In this document: in pieces, positions 36,159 through 44,730 of the stretch | How positions within the stretch are numbered: position 1 is the first letter of the stretch | Layout: each line of letters starts with the position of its first letter | Assembly (NCBI GenBank): GCA_050013755.1 | Contig: JBEKER010000005.1 | Location: 864 to 64,863 of the forward strand | Length of the DNA stretch: 64,000 nt | Origin: Halobacteriota archaeon | Lineage (GTDB): Archaea; Halobacteriota; Bog-38; Methanoflorentales; Methanoflorentaceae | Direction of reading: 5' to 3' | Translations under genes and position numbers: made by a program | The notes under the pieces: generated by a model | What the model saw: the letters and a program-made list of their open reading frames with translations, nothing else | The model's database searches: none | What the model was told of the DNA's origin: nothing

Positions 36159-37559
36159 ATGCTATCTAAGAAAGTGGATTTGAGCACGAAGAAGGAATCA
36201 GAGACTGATCACACTACGACGTATGGCCGTCGCTATTTCGGTGAGCCAGTGCCGAAATATGTCATGCCTGACGATGGCATGCCTGCGCGCGCTGCCTACC
36301 AGCTCATTCACGATGAGCTGAACCTCGATGGGAATCCCTCCTTAAACCTTGCCAGCTTTGTCACCACGTGGATGGAGCCGGAGGCGACCCTGCTCATCGC
36401 GGAAAGCCTTGACAAGAATTACGTTGACAATGATGAGTACCCTCAAACCACGGTTATACAGGAACGCGTGGTCAACATGCTCGCCCGCTTGTTCAACGCC
36501 CCAGAAGACTGCGAATCCGTTGGAACCGCGACGATAGGGTCATCAGAGGCCATTATGCTCGCCGTATTGGCGCACAAGTGGACCTGGAGAAAGCGCCGAC
36601 AGGCAGAGGGAAAGCCGTGCGACAACCCAAATATCGTGATGGGGGCGGACGTCCACACGGTATGGGAGAAAAGCGCCCGCTACTTCGATGTGGAACTGAA
36701 ACTGATCCCTCTCCAAGAGGATACCTACATCGTCAGCGCCGATGAAGTCGCTAAAGAAGTTGACGAGAACACCATATGCGTTGCCGCGGTTCTAGGTACC
36801 ACCTTCACCGGACAGATGGACCCGATCAAGGAAATCAACGACCTTCTCGTTGACATAAAGAAGACGAAAGGGTGGGACATACCCCTGCACGTCGATGGGG
36901 CAAGCGGCGCGTTTGTCGCACCGTTCGTCGATCCTGATCTCGAGTGGGACTTTAGGCTCGAACAGGTGAAATCAATCAACGCGTCGGGGCACAAATACGG
37001 CCTGGTTTACCCTGGTATTGGGTGGCTCGTCATGAAGGATAAAAACGATCTCCCTGAAGAGTTGGTATTCCGAATAACCTACCTAGGAGGGGAGATGACG
37101 AACTACTCCCTCAACTTCTCTAAGAATAGCAGTCCCATTATCGCCCAATATTATAACTTCATACGGCTGGGCAAAAGCGGCTATGCTGATATTATGACGA
37201 ATATGATGAGCAACAGCCATTACCTCGCCGAAAAGTTGCGCGATACGGGCAAGTTTGAGATCATTAACAAACAAAAGACACTTCCTCTCGTTGCACTTCG
37301 TCTAAAAGATGCGGCTTTCACGGTTTTCCAGCTGTCTAAAATGCTCAGGCAAAAAGGCTGGATTGTGCCTGCATACTATCTTCCCGAGAACGCCCAGAAC
37401 GTCGCCGTGATGCGGATGGTCATCAAGGAGAACTTCAGCAGAGACATGGTGGAACTGCTCTTTAGCGACATCATGCAGGCGTACCACAGCCTCGAACTGT
37501 CTGAAGCTGAGAGAGAAGAACGCGCAAAGGGCAAGAAGAAGCTGAGTCTGCTATATTAA
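36159..37559 (+). CDS. gadB: glutamate decarboxylase, GadB type, copy 2
   Basis: [66 protein letters not shown]; 466 aa. Confidence 0.9.
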   Translation: MLSKKVDLSTKKESETDHTTTYGRRYFGEPVPKYVMPDDGMPARAAYQLIHDELNLDGNPSLNLASFVTTWMEPEATLLIAESLDKNYVDNDEYPQTTVIQERVVNMLARLFNAPEDCESVGTATIGSSEAIMLAVLAHKWTWRKRRQAEGKPCDNPNIVMGADVHTVWEKSARYFDVELKLIPLQEDTYIVSADEVAKEVDENTICVAAVLGTTFTGQMDPIKEINDLLVDIKKTKGWDIPLHVDGASGAFVAPFVDPDLEWDFRLEQVKSINASGHKYGLVYPGIGWLVMKDKNDLPEELVFRITYLGGEMTNYSLNFSKNSSPIIAQYYNFIRLGKSGYADIMTNMMSNSHYLAEKLRDTGKFEIINKQKTLPLVALRLKDAAFTVFQLSKMLRQKGWIVPAYYLPENAQNVAVMRMVIKENFSRDMVELLFSDIMQAYHSLELSEAEREERAKGKKKLSLLY

Positions 37560-37561
37560 GG

Positions 37562-38506
37562 CTACGTCAGATCGACAATTTTTCTTATCCGCGTCTGACT
37601 TTGCTCAGGCTGTTCCGTCGTGTTGACCTCGTACGCCGCGACCCGTTCAAGAAGCGCCCGGAAGAATCTCTTGCGGAGTCTTCGCTTAAACGGCGTACTC
37701 ACGAGCAAGTGTGGATTGAAGTAGTCATTACGCTCAAGGATTTCCAATGCCTGTGCCGCTGTGAGCTCGCGAACGAACTCCGGGTCACGAGCATCGCGTT
37801 TTAGAATAATCAGTTTTCTCAGCGTGGTCAGGGGCAGGATGCGTCCCTTTCCGATCGCCAGTCGGAGATCGACGACAGCTCGGCCTTCGCCATCCAACTC
37901 CGCCCGTTCGACGAGCCAGTTAAACTCGCTCCAGATCTTCGCGAGATCCGCGCGTATGTAAAAATTCTTTTCCGAGCTGTAGGCGAGTATATCCTGCCCG
38001 TAGACCCGCACGTAGAACCAGTCATCTGAAACAACGCGTACGTCCGGCCGCCTCAGTAAGCCGTAGGTGTGGGTCGTCTTTCCCGCTCCCGACTCGCCGA
38101 GGATGCACACTCCCTGTCCGTTCACGTCAAGACACGCGCCGTGTATGGAGTAGATGTCGTGCTCGTCTTCAAGGACGTCTCCTGCAACGCTCAATGCCAG
38201 TGACTTGATCCAGCCGTAGTAGTCGAAGTTTAAAAGGAACGCCGTCTTTGATTGAGCGTCATAATACACCGCATTCTTAGCTTCGGCCGGCTCGTTCACG
38301 ACGTAAAGGCGCCCGTGTGACCGGATGTTTTGTGACATAAAATAGAAGCTCTCGCCCCAGCGCGTTGCCACGCTTTGCGTGTCGGTGAGCAGCTTAATGC
38401 AGCACCCATAAACGTCCGATTTGACCTCATACGGCGTGTGCGCACCGAAGCGATCGGCCAATTTTTCCTTACGTTGGATTGGTATCAGCTTTAACGCGTA
38501 AGACAC
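37562..38506 (-). CDS. HprK-related P-loop protein (HPr kinase/PEPCK-like nucleotide-binding core), function unknown
   Basis: IHGACLDVNGQGVCILGESGAGKTTHTYGLLRRPDVRVVSDDWFYV resembles the HprK C-domain (H-x-(S/A)-x-V...G-x-S-G-x-G-K-(S/T)...(V/A)-(S/A)-D-D). The N-terminal ~130 aa is unassigned. Confidence 0.55.
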   Translation of the reverse strand: MSYALKLIPIQRKEKLADRFGAHTPYEVKSDVYGCCIKLLTDTQSVATRWGESFYFMSQNIRSHGRLYVVNEPAEAKNAVYYDAQSKTAFLLNFDYYGWIKSLALSVAGDVLEDEHDIYSIHGACLDVNGQGVCILGESGAGKTTHTYGLLRRPDVRVVSDDWFYVRVYGQDILAYSSEKNFYIRADLAKIWSEFNWLVERAELDGEGRAVVDLRLAIGKGRILPLTTLRKLIILKRDARDPEFVRELTAAQALEILERNDYFNPHLLVSTPFKRRLRKRFFRALLERVAAYEVNTTEQPEQSQTRIRKIVDLT

Positions 38507-38598
38507 GTCAGAGGGCTCCTATACAGGCACGACGTACGCTGCTGCGGGCCTAGCGAGCGGTTGCGTTGGGTGTGAACTCATGTTGCAGTGCCGAACAG

Positions 38599-39192
38599 TC
38601 AAATATCCACAATAACCTCGTTTCTCCTAAAGATGCCAGGTATGAATGGTGGGTTGTATAGAGCGACAACAAAGTTCGATTTGGGTGTTAAGCCGTTCTT
38701 TAAGAGGCACGTCCTGAGTTCCTCTGTCTTCTCGTTTGCGAGCTTCTCATGCACTCGCCCTGAGAATCGTATCGCAGCTGTTCTACGGCTTTCGATGACT
38801 TTGAATGCGATCCGTTTGTCCTGTGGCTCGGGAAGCGTTTCGAGCGTGAACTTCGATGGCATGGCGAAGGAGACGCGGTACACGTGTTCCCCCGCCTGCT
38901 CTTCAGTTACGGGGGCAGTCATCGATATCTTTTCTGACGTCACCGGCGCCAGCATTGGGATTTCCTCAGATGATGATACCTGTTCCTCGGAGACGGGAGC
39001 CGTCATAGGGATTGATTCCCGCTTCCTATTTCCTCCAAAAATGTAGTGAGCGAGAATCTCAAATCCGTTGCGCAGGGCACCATCAAAGTCTGATTCCACG
39101 TCAACTTGAGCGAGGATATATGCCGAGTACGCTCGGATCTCACAACCGTCCAGCTCTTTTTCAACCTCATATTGGGGACTTTCAATTGCCAT
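38599..39192 (-). CDS. SOUL haem-binding family protein
   Basis: ESPQYEV...CEIRAY, GFEILAHYIFGGN, repeated MTAPV motifs, YRVSFAMPSKF, VALYNPPFIPGIFRRNEV. ATG 39192 has GGAG 9 nt upstream; the track start at 39207 is TTG. Confidence 0.85.
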   Translation of the reverse strand: MAIESPQYEVEKELDGCEIRAYSAYILAQVDVESDFDGALRNGFEILAHYIFGGNRKRESIPMTAPVSEEQVSSSEEIPMLAPVTSEKISMTAPVTEEQAGEHVYRVSFAMPSKFTLETLPEPQDKRIAFKVIESRRTAAIRFSGRVHEKLANEKTEELRTCLLKNGLTPKSNFVVALYNPPFIPGIFRRNEVIVDI

Positions 39193-39495
39193 AATCGTGT
39201 GCTCCAATTAGCCGTTCTTTTGAAGTTACGCAAAGTCTGCTGTGCGCTGTGATATGTTTTGCCCTGCTTAGACACTTCAGTCCACCAGCATCGCGCTGGC
39301 TGGCACGTTCACACGGTTTACGACGTTTCAACCGAGTGCCGCACTCCGCCTATTGTTCTGTCACATTTTTTCGAATTTGCTTTCTTAAATGGACTTGTTT
39401 TTTACGACACGACGCCGGAGAGTAAAAAAACAAAGTTTATAGCACATATCGAAAATCATGTGCCTACTGAGCTAACGCTATTTTGGAGGTGAAAG

Positions 39496-39813
39496 ATGAT
39501 GAATAAAAAACTCTTTTCCGCTGTTTTGGCAACGTTAGTAATTCTCTCGATCGTCGCTGGGTCGACCGTAGCTTTCGCACAAACAGCAACGCCGACAACG
39601 AATGCGACTAAAAATGTTACTAAAGGAGCGGTTAAATCGGCGGCTGCAAGCAAAAATGTTACTGCGGGAGTGGTTAAATCGGCAGCTGCGTCGGTTGCAT
39701 CAGCTGCTGCGTCGAAGGCCGCAGGATTCCTGGGCTTGCCAGGCTTTGAGGCGGTGTACGGAGTAGCGGGATTGTTGGCCGTTGCGTACTTGGTGATGCG
39801 ACGTCGGAATTAA
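39496..39813 (+). CDS. small secreted protein with PGF-CTERM archaeal sorting signal
   Basis: N-terminal signal peptide (MMNKKLFSAVLATLVILSIVAGSTVAFA), two 14-aa repeats, and a C-terminal LPGFEAVYGVAGLLAVAYLVMRRRN (PGF + TM + basic tail). Confidence 0.8.
   Translation: MMNKKLFSAVLATLVILSIVAGSTVAFAQTATPTTNATKNVTKGAVKSAAASKNVTAGVVKSAAASVASAAASKAAGFLGLPGFEAVYGVAGLLAVAYLVMRRRN
39610..39693 (+). repeat. imperfect 2 x 42-bp tandem repeat (KNVT-G-VKSAAAS units)
   Basis: Read directly, inside the PGF-CTERM gene. Confidence 0.8.
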
Positions 39814-39861
39814 CATTTTGAGTCAATACGCGAGTACAGCTATTGCTTGGCTCGCGCTTTG

Positions 39862-39871
39862 TTTTTTTTTT
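39862..39871 (+). terminator. oligo-T tract after the PGF-CTERM gene
   Basis: T10 run ~50 nt after the stop. Confidence 0.4.
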
Positions 39872-40085
39872 ACGAATTATCTTGTTGCAGTAAAATGCGC
39901 AGCCATTTTCGCTGCAGCATTCCTCAATGAGGACGGCTCTGAGAGTCTAGCCTGTGACTGGTGCTTTCTTGCAGCCCGGCTTTACATCACAGTTGCTAAT
40001 GGCGAGTCACATTCTTGAGATCCAAGATCGATATGTTAATCGTGCGACGTTGAGAAATATCCCCTGAATCGTTCTAGCCTTAAAA

Positions 40086-40322
40086 ATGGAAATTGATGTG
40101 AACGTTAAAGCACACGACCTGCTCTGGAGGAGTATGTCTCTTGGAGCCAAGAAAGCCTATCGCGAAAGCTATGGCGTGGCGCGAGATGCGCTCGTCGATA
40201 CGGAGGTGCAACGCCTAATTGAAGGGGGCTATGTGGCAAAAAGCAACAACGACATCGAACTCACGCCGGCTGGGAAAGAGTTGCTCAAGAAAATGACGAC
40301 AATCTGCAAGAAGTCAGAGTAA
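40086..40322 (+). CDS. hypothetical small protein
   Basis: 78-aa ORF. No family recognised. Confidence 0.4.
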   Translation: MEIDVNVKAHDLLWRSMSLGAKKAYRESYGVARDALVDTEVQRLIEGGYVAKSNNDIELTPAGKELLKKMTTICKKSE

Positions 40323-40616
40323 CGGCTGTTCGACGAACGCGGCCTCGACGATCGGTTTGATATCATCGATCAATCGAATCGCCTCATCTTCAGATTCGGC
40401 GCGGCGCACGTCTATCCTGCCGCTTCGATACAGCGTGAACGTGCATCCCTCGTGGGAGAATCGTGCAACGCCGAGCTTCTCCGAGCATTGCGCGATGCCT
40501 TGCAAGAGCCTGCAGAGCGCTTCCATGGAGAATCTTTTTTCAAAGTGCGCCTCGATGACGAACCCCCCACCAACGCACGGCCTCAGCGTCTTGACGTTAT
40601 ACTTCCCACTCATCAT
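40314..40616 (-). CDS. hypothetical protein downstream of DNA ligase
   Basis: 100-aa ORF 78 nt after the ligase stop on the same strand. CTFTLYRSGRIDVRRAESEDEAIRLIDDI loosely resembles the small C-terminal module seen on some ThiF/MoeB-type proteins. Weak. Confidence 0.45.
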   Translation of the reverse strand: MMSGKYNVKTLRPCVGGGFVIEAHFEKRFSMEALCRLLQGIAQCSEKLGVARFSHEGCTFTLYRSGRIDVRRAESEDEAIRLIDDIKPIVEAAFVEQPLL

Positions 40617-40694
40617 AATCCAGTTACGGGATTTGACGTTAAAGATTGTCAGCCATCGACGAAGCGAGAACTGATCAACATATTCCGGACAAAA

Positions 40695-42392
40695 CTACGT
40701 CGCGGTAGGCTCTTTGAGTTTGAACTGCAGGTGGTATAATGCGTCAAGGCGCTCGAGCGTTTCAGCGTCGTCGGGGCCCTTGTCGTCTCGTATCCGCACG
40801 ATACGGGGAAATCGCAGCGCGAAGCCCGAGGCATAGTTCGGGCTTTTTTGGATCTCATTGAACTTCACTTCAAGCACGATCTGCGGTTCGAGATCCACCA
40901 TACGCCCACGCTCGCCGACGATGAGGGGTTTTATCTGCTCTGTCAGTTCTCTGAGCTGTTCATCGGAGGCGCCGCTCGAGACGCGCCCCACCGGTGCCCA
41001 CTGCTCGTTGTCCTCGTCGCGCGCGGCAAGCTCGTACGAGGTGATCCAGCCGGCTTTCCTTCCGTGGCCGTACTCCGCAGCGATGACCACAAGGTCAAGG
41101 CTCTCGAGGGTCTCCTTGAGCTTCACCATTTTCCGCCCGCGAATGCCCGGGCTGTAGTCGGCGTTGAGATCCTTCGCCATCAGCCCCTCGTGTCCCGCAT
41201 CAATCGACTGCTTAAAGAGCGCAACTACGGCTTCGGGATCGTCGAGAATCTTGAATCCAGAGGGCGTACATCGCTTATCGAGCGGCACCACGGTCTTCTC
41301 AAGGAGCGCACGTCGCTCGACAAAGGGTCGGTCGACGAGACTTTCTCCGTCCAAGTAGAGGATATCAAAAGGGCGCAGCTGCATCGGGATCTGATCGCTG
41401 AGCTCTCGTACCCTGTACTTGCGTCGGATGCGGTTGAGGACGTTTTGAAACGGTATCACCTTCCCGGTAAGCCTGTCCACGGCTATCGCCTCGCAGTCGA
41501 GGATGAGTGAATCGGCGTGAACGCTTTCGTTCACCGCCGCGCGGATGTCAGGGAGCGCCTCGGTGAGATCCTCCATCTTGCGAGAGAAGAGCGTGATCTC
41601 TGGCCCGCTCTTGTGGACCTGAATTCGCGCCCCGTCATACTTCGTTTCAAACGCTGCCCGCCCGCCCATCACGTCTAACGCTTCGGTGGCGCCGGCGACG
41701 CTCTGCGCGAGCATAGGCCTGACGGGCCGCATGGGTTCGATGTTGAGCGCGTGTAAACCCGATAATCCCTCCGTTTTGGCGATTCGCGCGACAAGGCCGA
41801 TGTCATTGGCGAGCATCCACGCGCGCCGCACCGCATCGGCTGGCACGCTGAAGCTCTGGGCGATGGCATCTTCAGTGACGCCTTCCTTCGAGCCAATGAG
41901 AAGGTTGCGTGTGGCAAGACTGACGATATAGTACGCCTCTCGCGGTGCGGCCCTACTCAACAGACGCGAAAGCATTCGCTGCTTCTTCTGGGCTGACCCT
42001 TTCCCCGTCATCGCGGCCAGCTCTTCGAAATAACGGTACAAATCGGCGACAGTGAGGTCCTCCTCAAACGCCGCAAGGCTCATCGCAACTTTCTTTCCGA
42101 GAAGCCGTTCCGCAGTAATGCCCAGGTGTCCCGTGTCGCGATAGCTCTCAACGACTTCCTCGCTGCTCTTGCCACTGATGTTCGCAATTACTTTGACCAG
42201 CGTCTTGCCAGCAACTCCGACATCGCGCGTGTCCCACGCCGGAAATATTCGACCGGTCAGAAATGTGCACACGATTTCGATATCGTCTTCAGAAGCTCCA
42301 GTCAAAAAACCAGCTATGATTTCAGCCTTCTTGAGCCTCGACGAGTAGGCGCTTAGCTCATCGAACAGGGAGACAAGCTCCTTGAAATACAT
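40695..42392 (-). CDS. lig: ATP-dependent DNA ligase (archaeal Lig1 type)
   Basis: Motif I FETKYDGARIQVHK, EGLMAKDL (motif V), LDLVVIAAEYGHGRKAG, FALRFPRIVRIRDDK (motif VI). ATG 42392 gives 565 aa. The 64-codon upstream extension in the track is rejected. Confidence 0.92.
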   Translation of the reverse strand: MYFKELVSLFDELSAYSSRLKKAEIIAGFLTGASEDDIEIVCTFLTGRIFPAWDTRDVGVAGKTLVKVIANISGKSSEEVVESYRDTGHLGITAERLLGKKVAMSLAAFEEDLTVADLYRYFEELAAMTGKGSAQKKQRMLSRLLSRAAPREAYYIVSLATRNLLIGSKEGVTEDAIAQSFSVPADAVRRAWMLANDIGLVARIAKTEGLSGLHALNIEPMRPVRPMLAQSVAGATEALDVMGGRAAFETKYDGARIQVHKSGPEITLFSRKMEDLTEALPDIRAAVNESVHADSLILDCEAIAVDRLTGKVIPFQNVLNRIRRKYRVRELSDQIPMQLRPFDILYLDGESLVDRPFVERRALLEKTVVPLDKRCTPSGFKILDDPEAVVALFKQSIDAGHEGLMAKDLNADYSPGIRGRKMVKLKETLESLDLVVIAAEYGHGRKAGWITSYELAARDEDNEQWAPVGRVSSGASDEQLRELTEQIKPLIVGERGRMVDLEPQIVLEVKFNEIQKSPNYASGFALRFPRIVRIRDDKGPDDAETLERLDALYHLQFKLKEPTAT

Positions 42393-42658
42393 CGCATAGT
42401 CAATACGGCCTAGAGTGCTTAATAATAGCGGCGCGCGGTGCGACAGGCTTGGCCGAACGGCCAAAGCGGAGCTCTGACTCAGTTGCGCTCTTTTTGGTGC
42501 GTACCGGCCTAGGCAACAAAAGCCCTGCCGCGCAAGCCAAGACCGAAACGCCAAACCGATTAAGAGCGATCGAGCGACGAGCACCCTACACGGACCCAGC
42601 GTTTAAAGCAATGGCTAGCAGATGCCGCCGCCCGCTTGCACTAATGATGAACGGGGCT

Positions 42659-43102
42659 CTACCGACTCCTAATTATCAGCACCGGAACCTTAGCACCCCG
42701 CACGACTTTGTCAGCCACACTGCCGATCAGCAGACGGTCTAAACCTTTTCGCCCGTGCGATCCGATGATGATGAGGTCAATATCATGACTCCCCGCGTAT
42801 GTGTCCAGTTCTTCGGCCGGGTGTCCGTCGAGCACTGTGGTCACGATCCGGTCTTCATTTACGCCGCGCGAAGCCAGGTCTTTTTTGGCGTTCGCGACGA
42901 TGTTCTTTCCCTCAACGAGGAGCACGTCGTACATGTTTTCCCACGATGAGTCGACTGGGTAGGCGGTGAACCCCGCGATGTCGAGAACGTACGCGATGTG
43001 GACGGTCGCATCGGTCAGTCGCGCGAAATAGGCCGCGTTATCATACACGGGGGCCATCAGGTCCCCACCATCGGTTCCGATCAGGATGTGTTTATATTCC
43101 AT
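42659..43102 (-). CDS. uspA: universal stress protein (UspA family), copy 1
   Basis: YKHILIGTDGG...DLIIIGSHGRKGLDRLLIGSVADKVVRGAKVPVLII. Confidence 0.88.
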   Translation of the reverse strand: MEYKHILIGTDGGDLMAPVYDNAAYFARLTDATVHIAYVLDIAGFTAYPVDSSWENMYDVLLVEGKNIVANAKKDLASRGVNEDRIVTTVLDGHPAEELDTYAGSHDIDLIIIGSHGRKGLDRLLIGSVADKVVRGAKVPVLIIRSR

Positions 43103-43190
43103 CGTTTCACCAACAATCAGAAAGCTACAGCTGCCTCTTCCACGGGCTCATACGCCTCTATCTCTCCCGCTCGGCTCGTAACGAATAGTG

Positions 43191-43400
43191 TCACAAGCAT
43201 CCCCCCGCGAGTGAGATGCCCAGCGCAGTGAGAAAGATGTCGGTAAACGCCGTTGCATTAGGTAAGCGTGGGCCGGGAACGGGACCTCGTGGCGTCTGAA
43301 TCGAGAGCGGCGAGAGGTATTCTGCGAGGAGGAAACCTACGATAGTCGATCCTACGACGCCACCAGTAGTTCTGAACAATGTGTTCATCGCCGTCGCCAT
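43191..43400 (-). pseudogene. C-terminal remnant of a DHA2 MFS transporter
   Basis: RETG-MATAMNTLFRTTGGVVGSTIVGFLL aligns with the TM13/14 region of the intact paralogue (TGAETALNTVFRFIGGAVGTAIAGSLL). In-frame TAA TAA lies just upstream, and only ~80 codons of homology remain. Confidence 0.6.
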
Positions 43401-43570
43401 ACCCGTTTCCCGTAGAGCACAAACTGAATAATGAGTTTATTATCGACACCATCTTAAAGCCCATGCCAACCGGAGCAAATTTGACTGGCTCACGCCTTGC
43501 CTCTTAAAATTCGTCTGGACAGCTCAAACAACCGTTGCGCAGGGTATTGAGCCATAACCTCGTGCATTAG

Positions 43571-43599
43571 TCTGATATATCATTAAATGGTATATCAGA
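43571..43599. promoter_or_regulatory. inverted repeat TCTGATATA-n11-TATATCAGA upstream of padR
   Basis: Perfect 9-bp arms read directly, 50-78 nt upstream of the PadR ATG. Confidence 0.5.
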
Positions 43600-43603
43600 A
43601 TTT

Positions 43604-43626
43604 TATATAACAGCAATTGTTATATA
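43604..43626. promoter_or_regulatory. inverted repeat TATATAACA-n5-TGTTATATA (TATA-box-overlapping) upstream of padR
   Basis: Perfect 9-bp arms, 23-45 nt upstream of the PadR ATG. AT-rich, so it may double as the TATA box. Confidence 0.5.
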
Positions 43627-43648
43627 TGAAATGACACATGCTTGAATA

Positions 43649-44017
43649 ATGATCGAACGAAAACCGCCTGAGCGACACGCTCTAACCGTGTACTCGCTCT
43701 TCGCGCTTTACTTTCTGCTTACCGAAGGCCCTATGAGCGGTTACGATCTGGCGCAGCTCATCAAGGAACGCACCCCTGGGCACTTCCGGGCGACTGCCGG
43801 CAATGTCTACCCACGTCTTCATGAACTGAAAGAGGCGGGCGACGTCCGCGCTGGGGAGCCAACGGGGGGGCGCGAAAAGATCGTTTACGAGATCACCGAG
43901 CAAGGAAAGCAAACGCTCCGGAAGGGGGCCCTCGAACGGCGGCAGCGCGTCGAAAATTTGCTCAAAACGATCGATCACGTGCTGGCCATCACGGCGCCTG
44001 CAAAACCTTCTTCTTAA
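43649..44017 (+). CDS. padR: PadR-family transcriptional regulator
   Basis: LLTEGPMSGYDLAQLIKERTPGHFRATAGNVYPRLHELKEAGDV...KIVYEITEQGKQTL is the PadR winged-helix signature. Confidence 0.85.
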   Translation: MIERKPPERHALTVYSLFALYFLLTEGPMSGYDLAQLIKERTPGHFRATAGNVYPRLHELKEAGDVRAGEPTGGREKIVYEITEQGKQTLRKGALERRQRVENLLKTIDHVLAITAPAKPSS

Positions 44018-44077
44018 GCGCAGCATCCGCATCGCTGCTCAGTGCATAGTTCAGCGGCGCCGGCAGTGCGAAGTGCG

Positions 44078-44581
44078 TCAACCTATGCGAATGATGGTCG
44101 GCGTTAGCGTGGGGATGGAGGTCGGCGTTGCTGTGGGGATGGAGGTCGGCGTTGCTGTGGGGATGGGGGTCGGCGTTGCTGTGGGAAACGGAGTGGCTGT
44201 GGGGACGAACGGCGTTGGTGTGGGAACGAACGGAGTTGGTGTGGGAACGAATGGAGTTGGTGTGGGGCTCGGAGATGGCGTCGGAGTCGCTGAAGAGACC
44301 GATATCGGGGTGGATTGGGGTCTTTGACTAAGAACGACTGCCGCTGCTATAACCAGAAGCACGACGACGACTACGCCGATGATGACGAGTCTCCTTCCCG
44401 TGAGCGTGCCACCTAATCGTTCCACCAGTAGCGGATTCTCATCCTCGAGCGGCGGTTCGTAAGGTGGCGCGTGGGCAGGAGCAGCACGATCCGTGACGGG
44501 TTCTCCGCACATAGGGCAATATCGAAACTCGCCTGGGAGAATCAACTTACAAGACGTGCACAGTTTCTTCCTTGCATCCAT
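44078..44581 (-). CDS. zinc-ribbon membrane protein with Thr/Pro-rich repeat tail
   Basis: N-terminal C-x2-C...C-x2-C (CTSCKLILPGEFRYCPMCG), one TM (LVIIGVVVVVLLVIAAAVVL), then PTPTPFV x3 and PTATPTSI repeats to the C-terminus. Confidence 0.7.
   Translation of the reverse strand: MDARKKLCTSCKLILPGEFRYCPMCGEPVTDRAAPAHAPPYEPPLEDENPLLVERLGGTLTGRRLVIIGVVVVVLLVIAAAVVLSQRPQSTPISVSSATPTPSPSPTPTPFVPTPTPFVPTPTPFVPTATPFPTATPTPIPTATPTSIPTATPTSIPTLTPTIIRIG
44111..44263. repeat. coding tandem repeats: 24-bp x3 (44111-44182) and 21-bp x3 (44201-44263)
   Basis: Read directly. The units differ by 0-2 nt. They encode the TP-rich tail on the minus strand. Confidence 0.9.
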
Positions 44582-44730
44582 CCGGCTGCCTCTTCATCTC
44601 GCTGTCGTTCTTCAGTTCCACAAATCTACGTACATTAAGCAATATAAAGTTAAGTAATACAGACTTTAACTTGCCGGTCTCAATGTCTAGCAGTCACCAC
44701 TGACTACTAATAGACGCTTTCGGCATTCTT

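Noticed and set aside
38599-39192. Triple (I/L)-x-M-x-A-P-V motif in the SOUL protein as a novel repeat
   Set aside because: As I recall, SOUL/HEBP proteins commonly contain two MTAPV-type motifs. A third copy is minor family variation and not a separate feature.
42393-42584. N-terminal extensions offered by the ORF track (DNA ligase 42393-42584; also gadB 14894-15046, VOC 13623-13760, chagasin-like 14793-14990, MFS 28523-28672, SDR 62915-63025)
   Set aside because: The extensions have no homology to the respective families, are Arg/Cys/Leu-rich, and an internal ATG with an SD or family-typical N-terminus exists in each case.
44096-44290. Tandem repeats considered as a possible CRISPR array (also 32583..32642)
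   Set aside because: The units are 12-24 bp and directly abutting with no spacers. They lie in frame inside ORFs encoding TP-rich and AAAP linkers. No cas genes are nearby.
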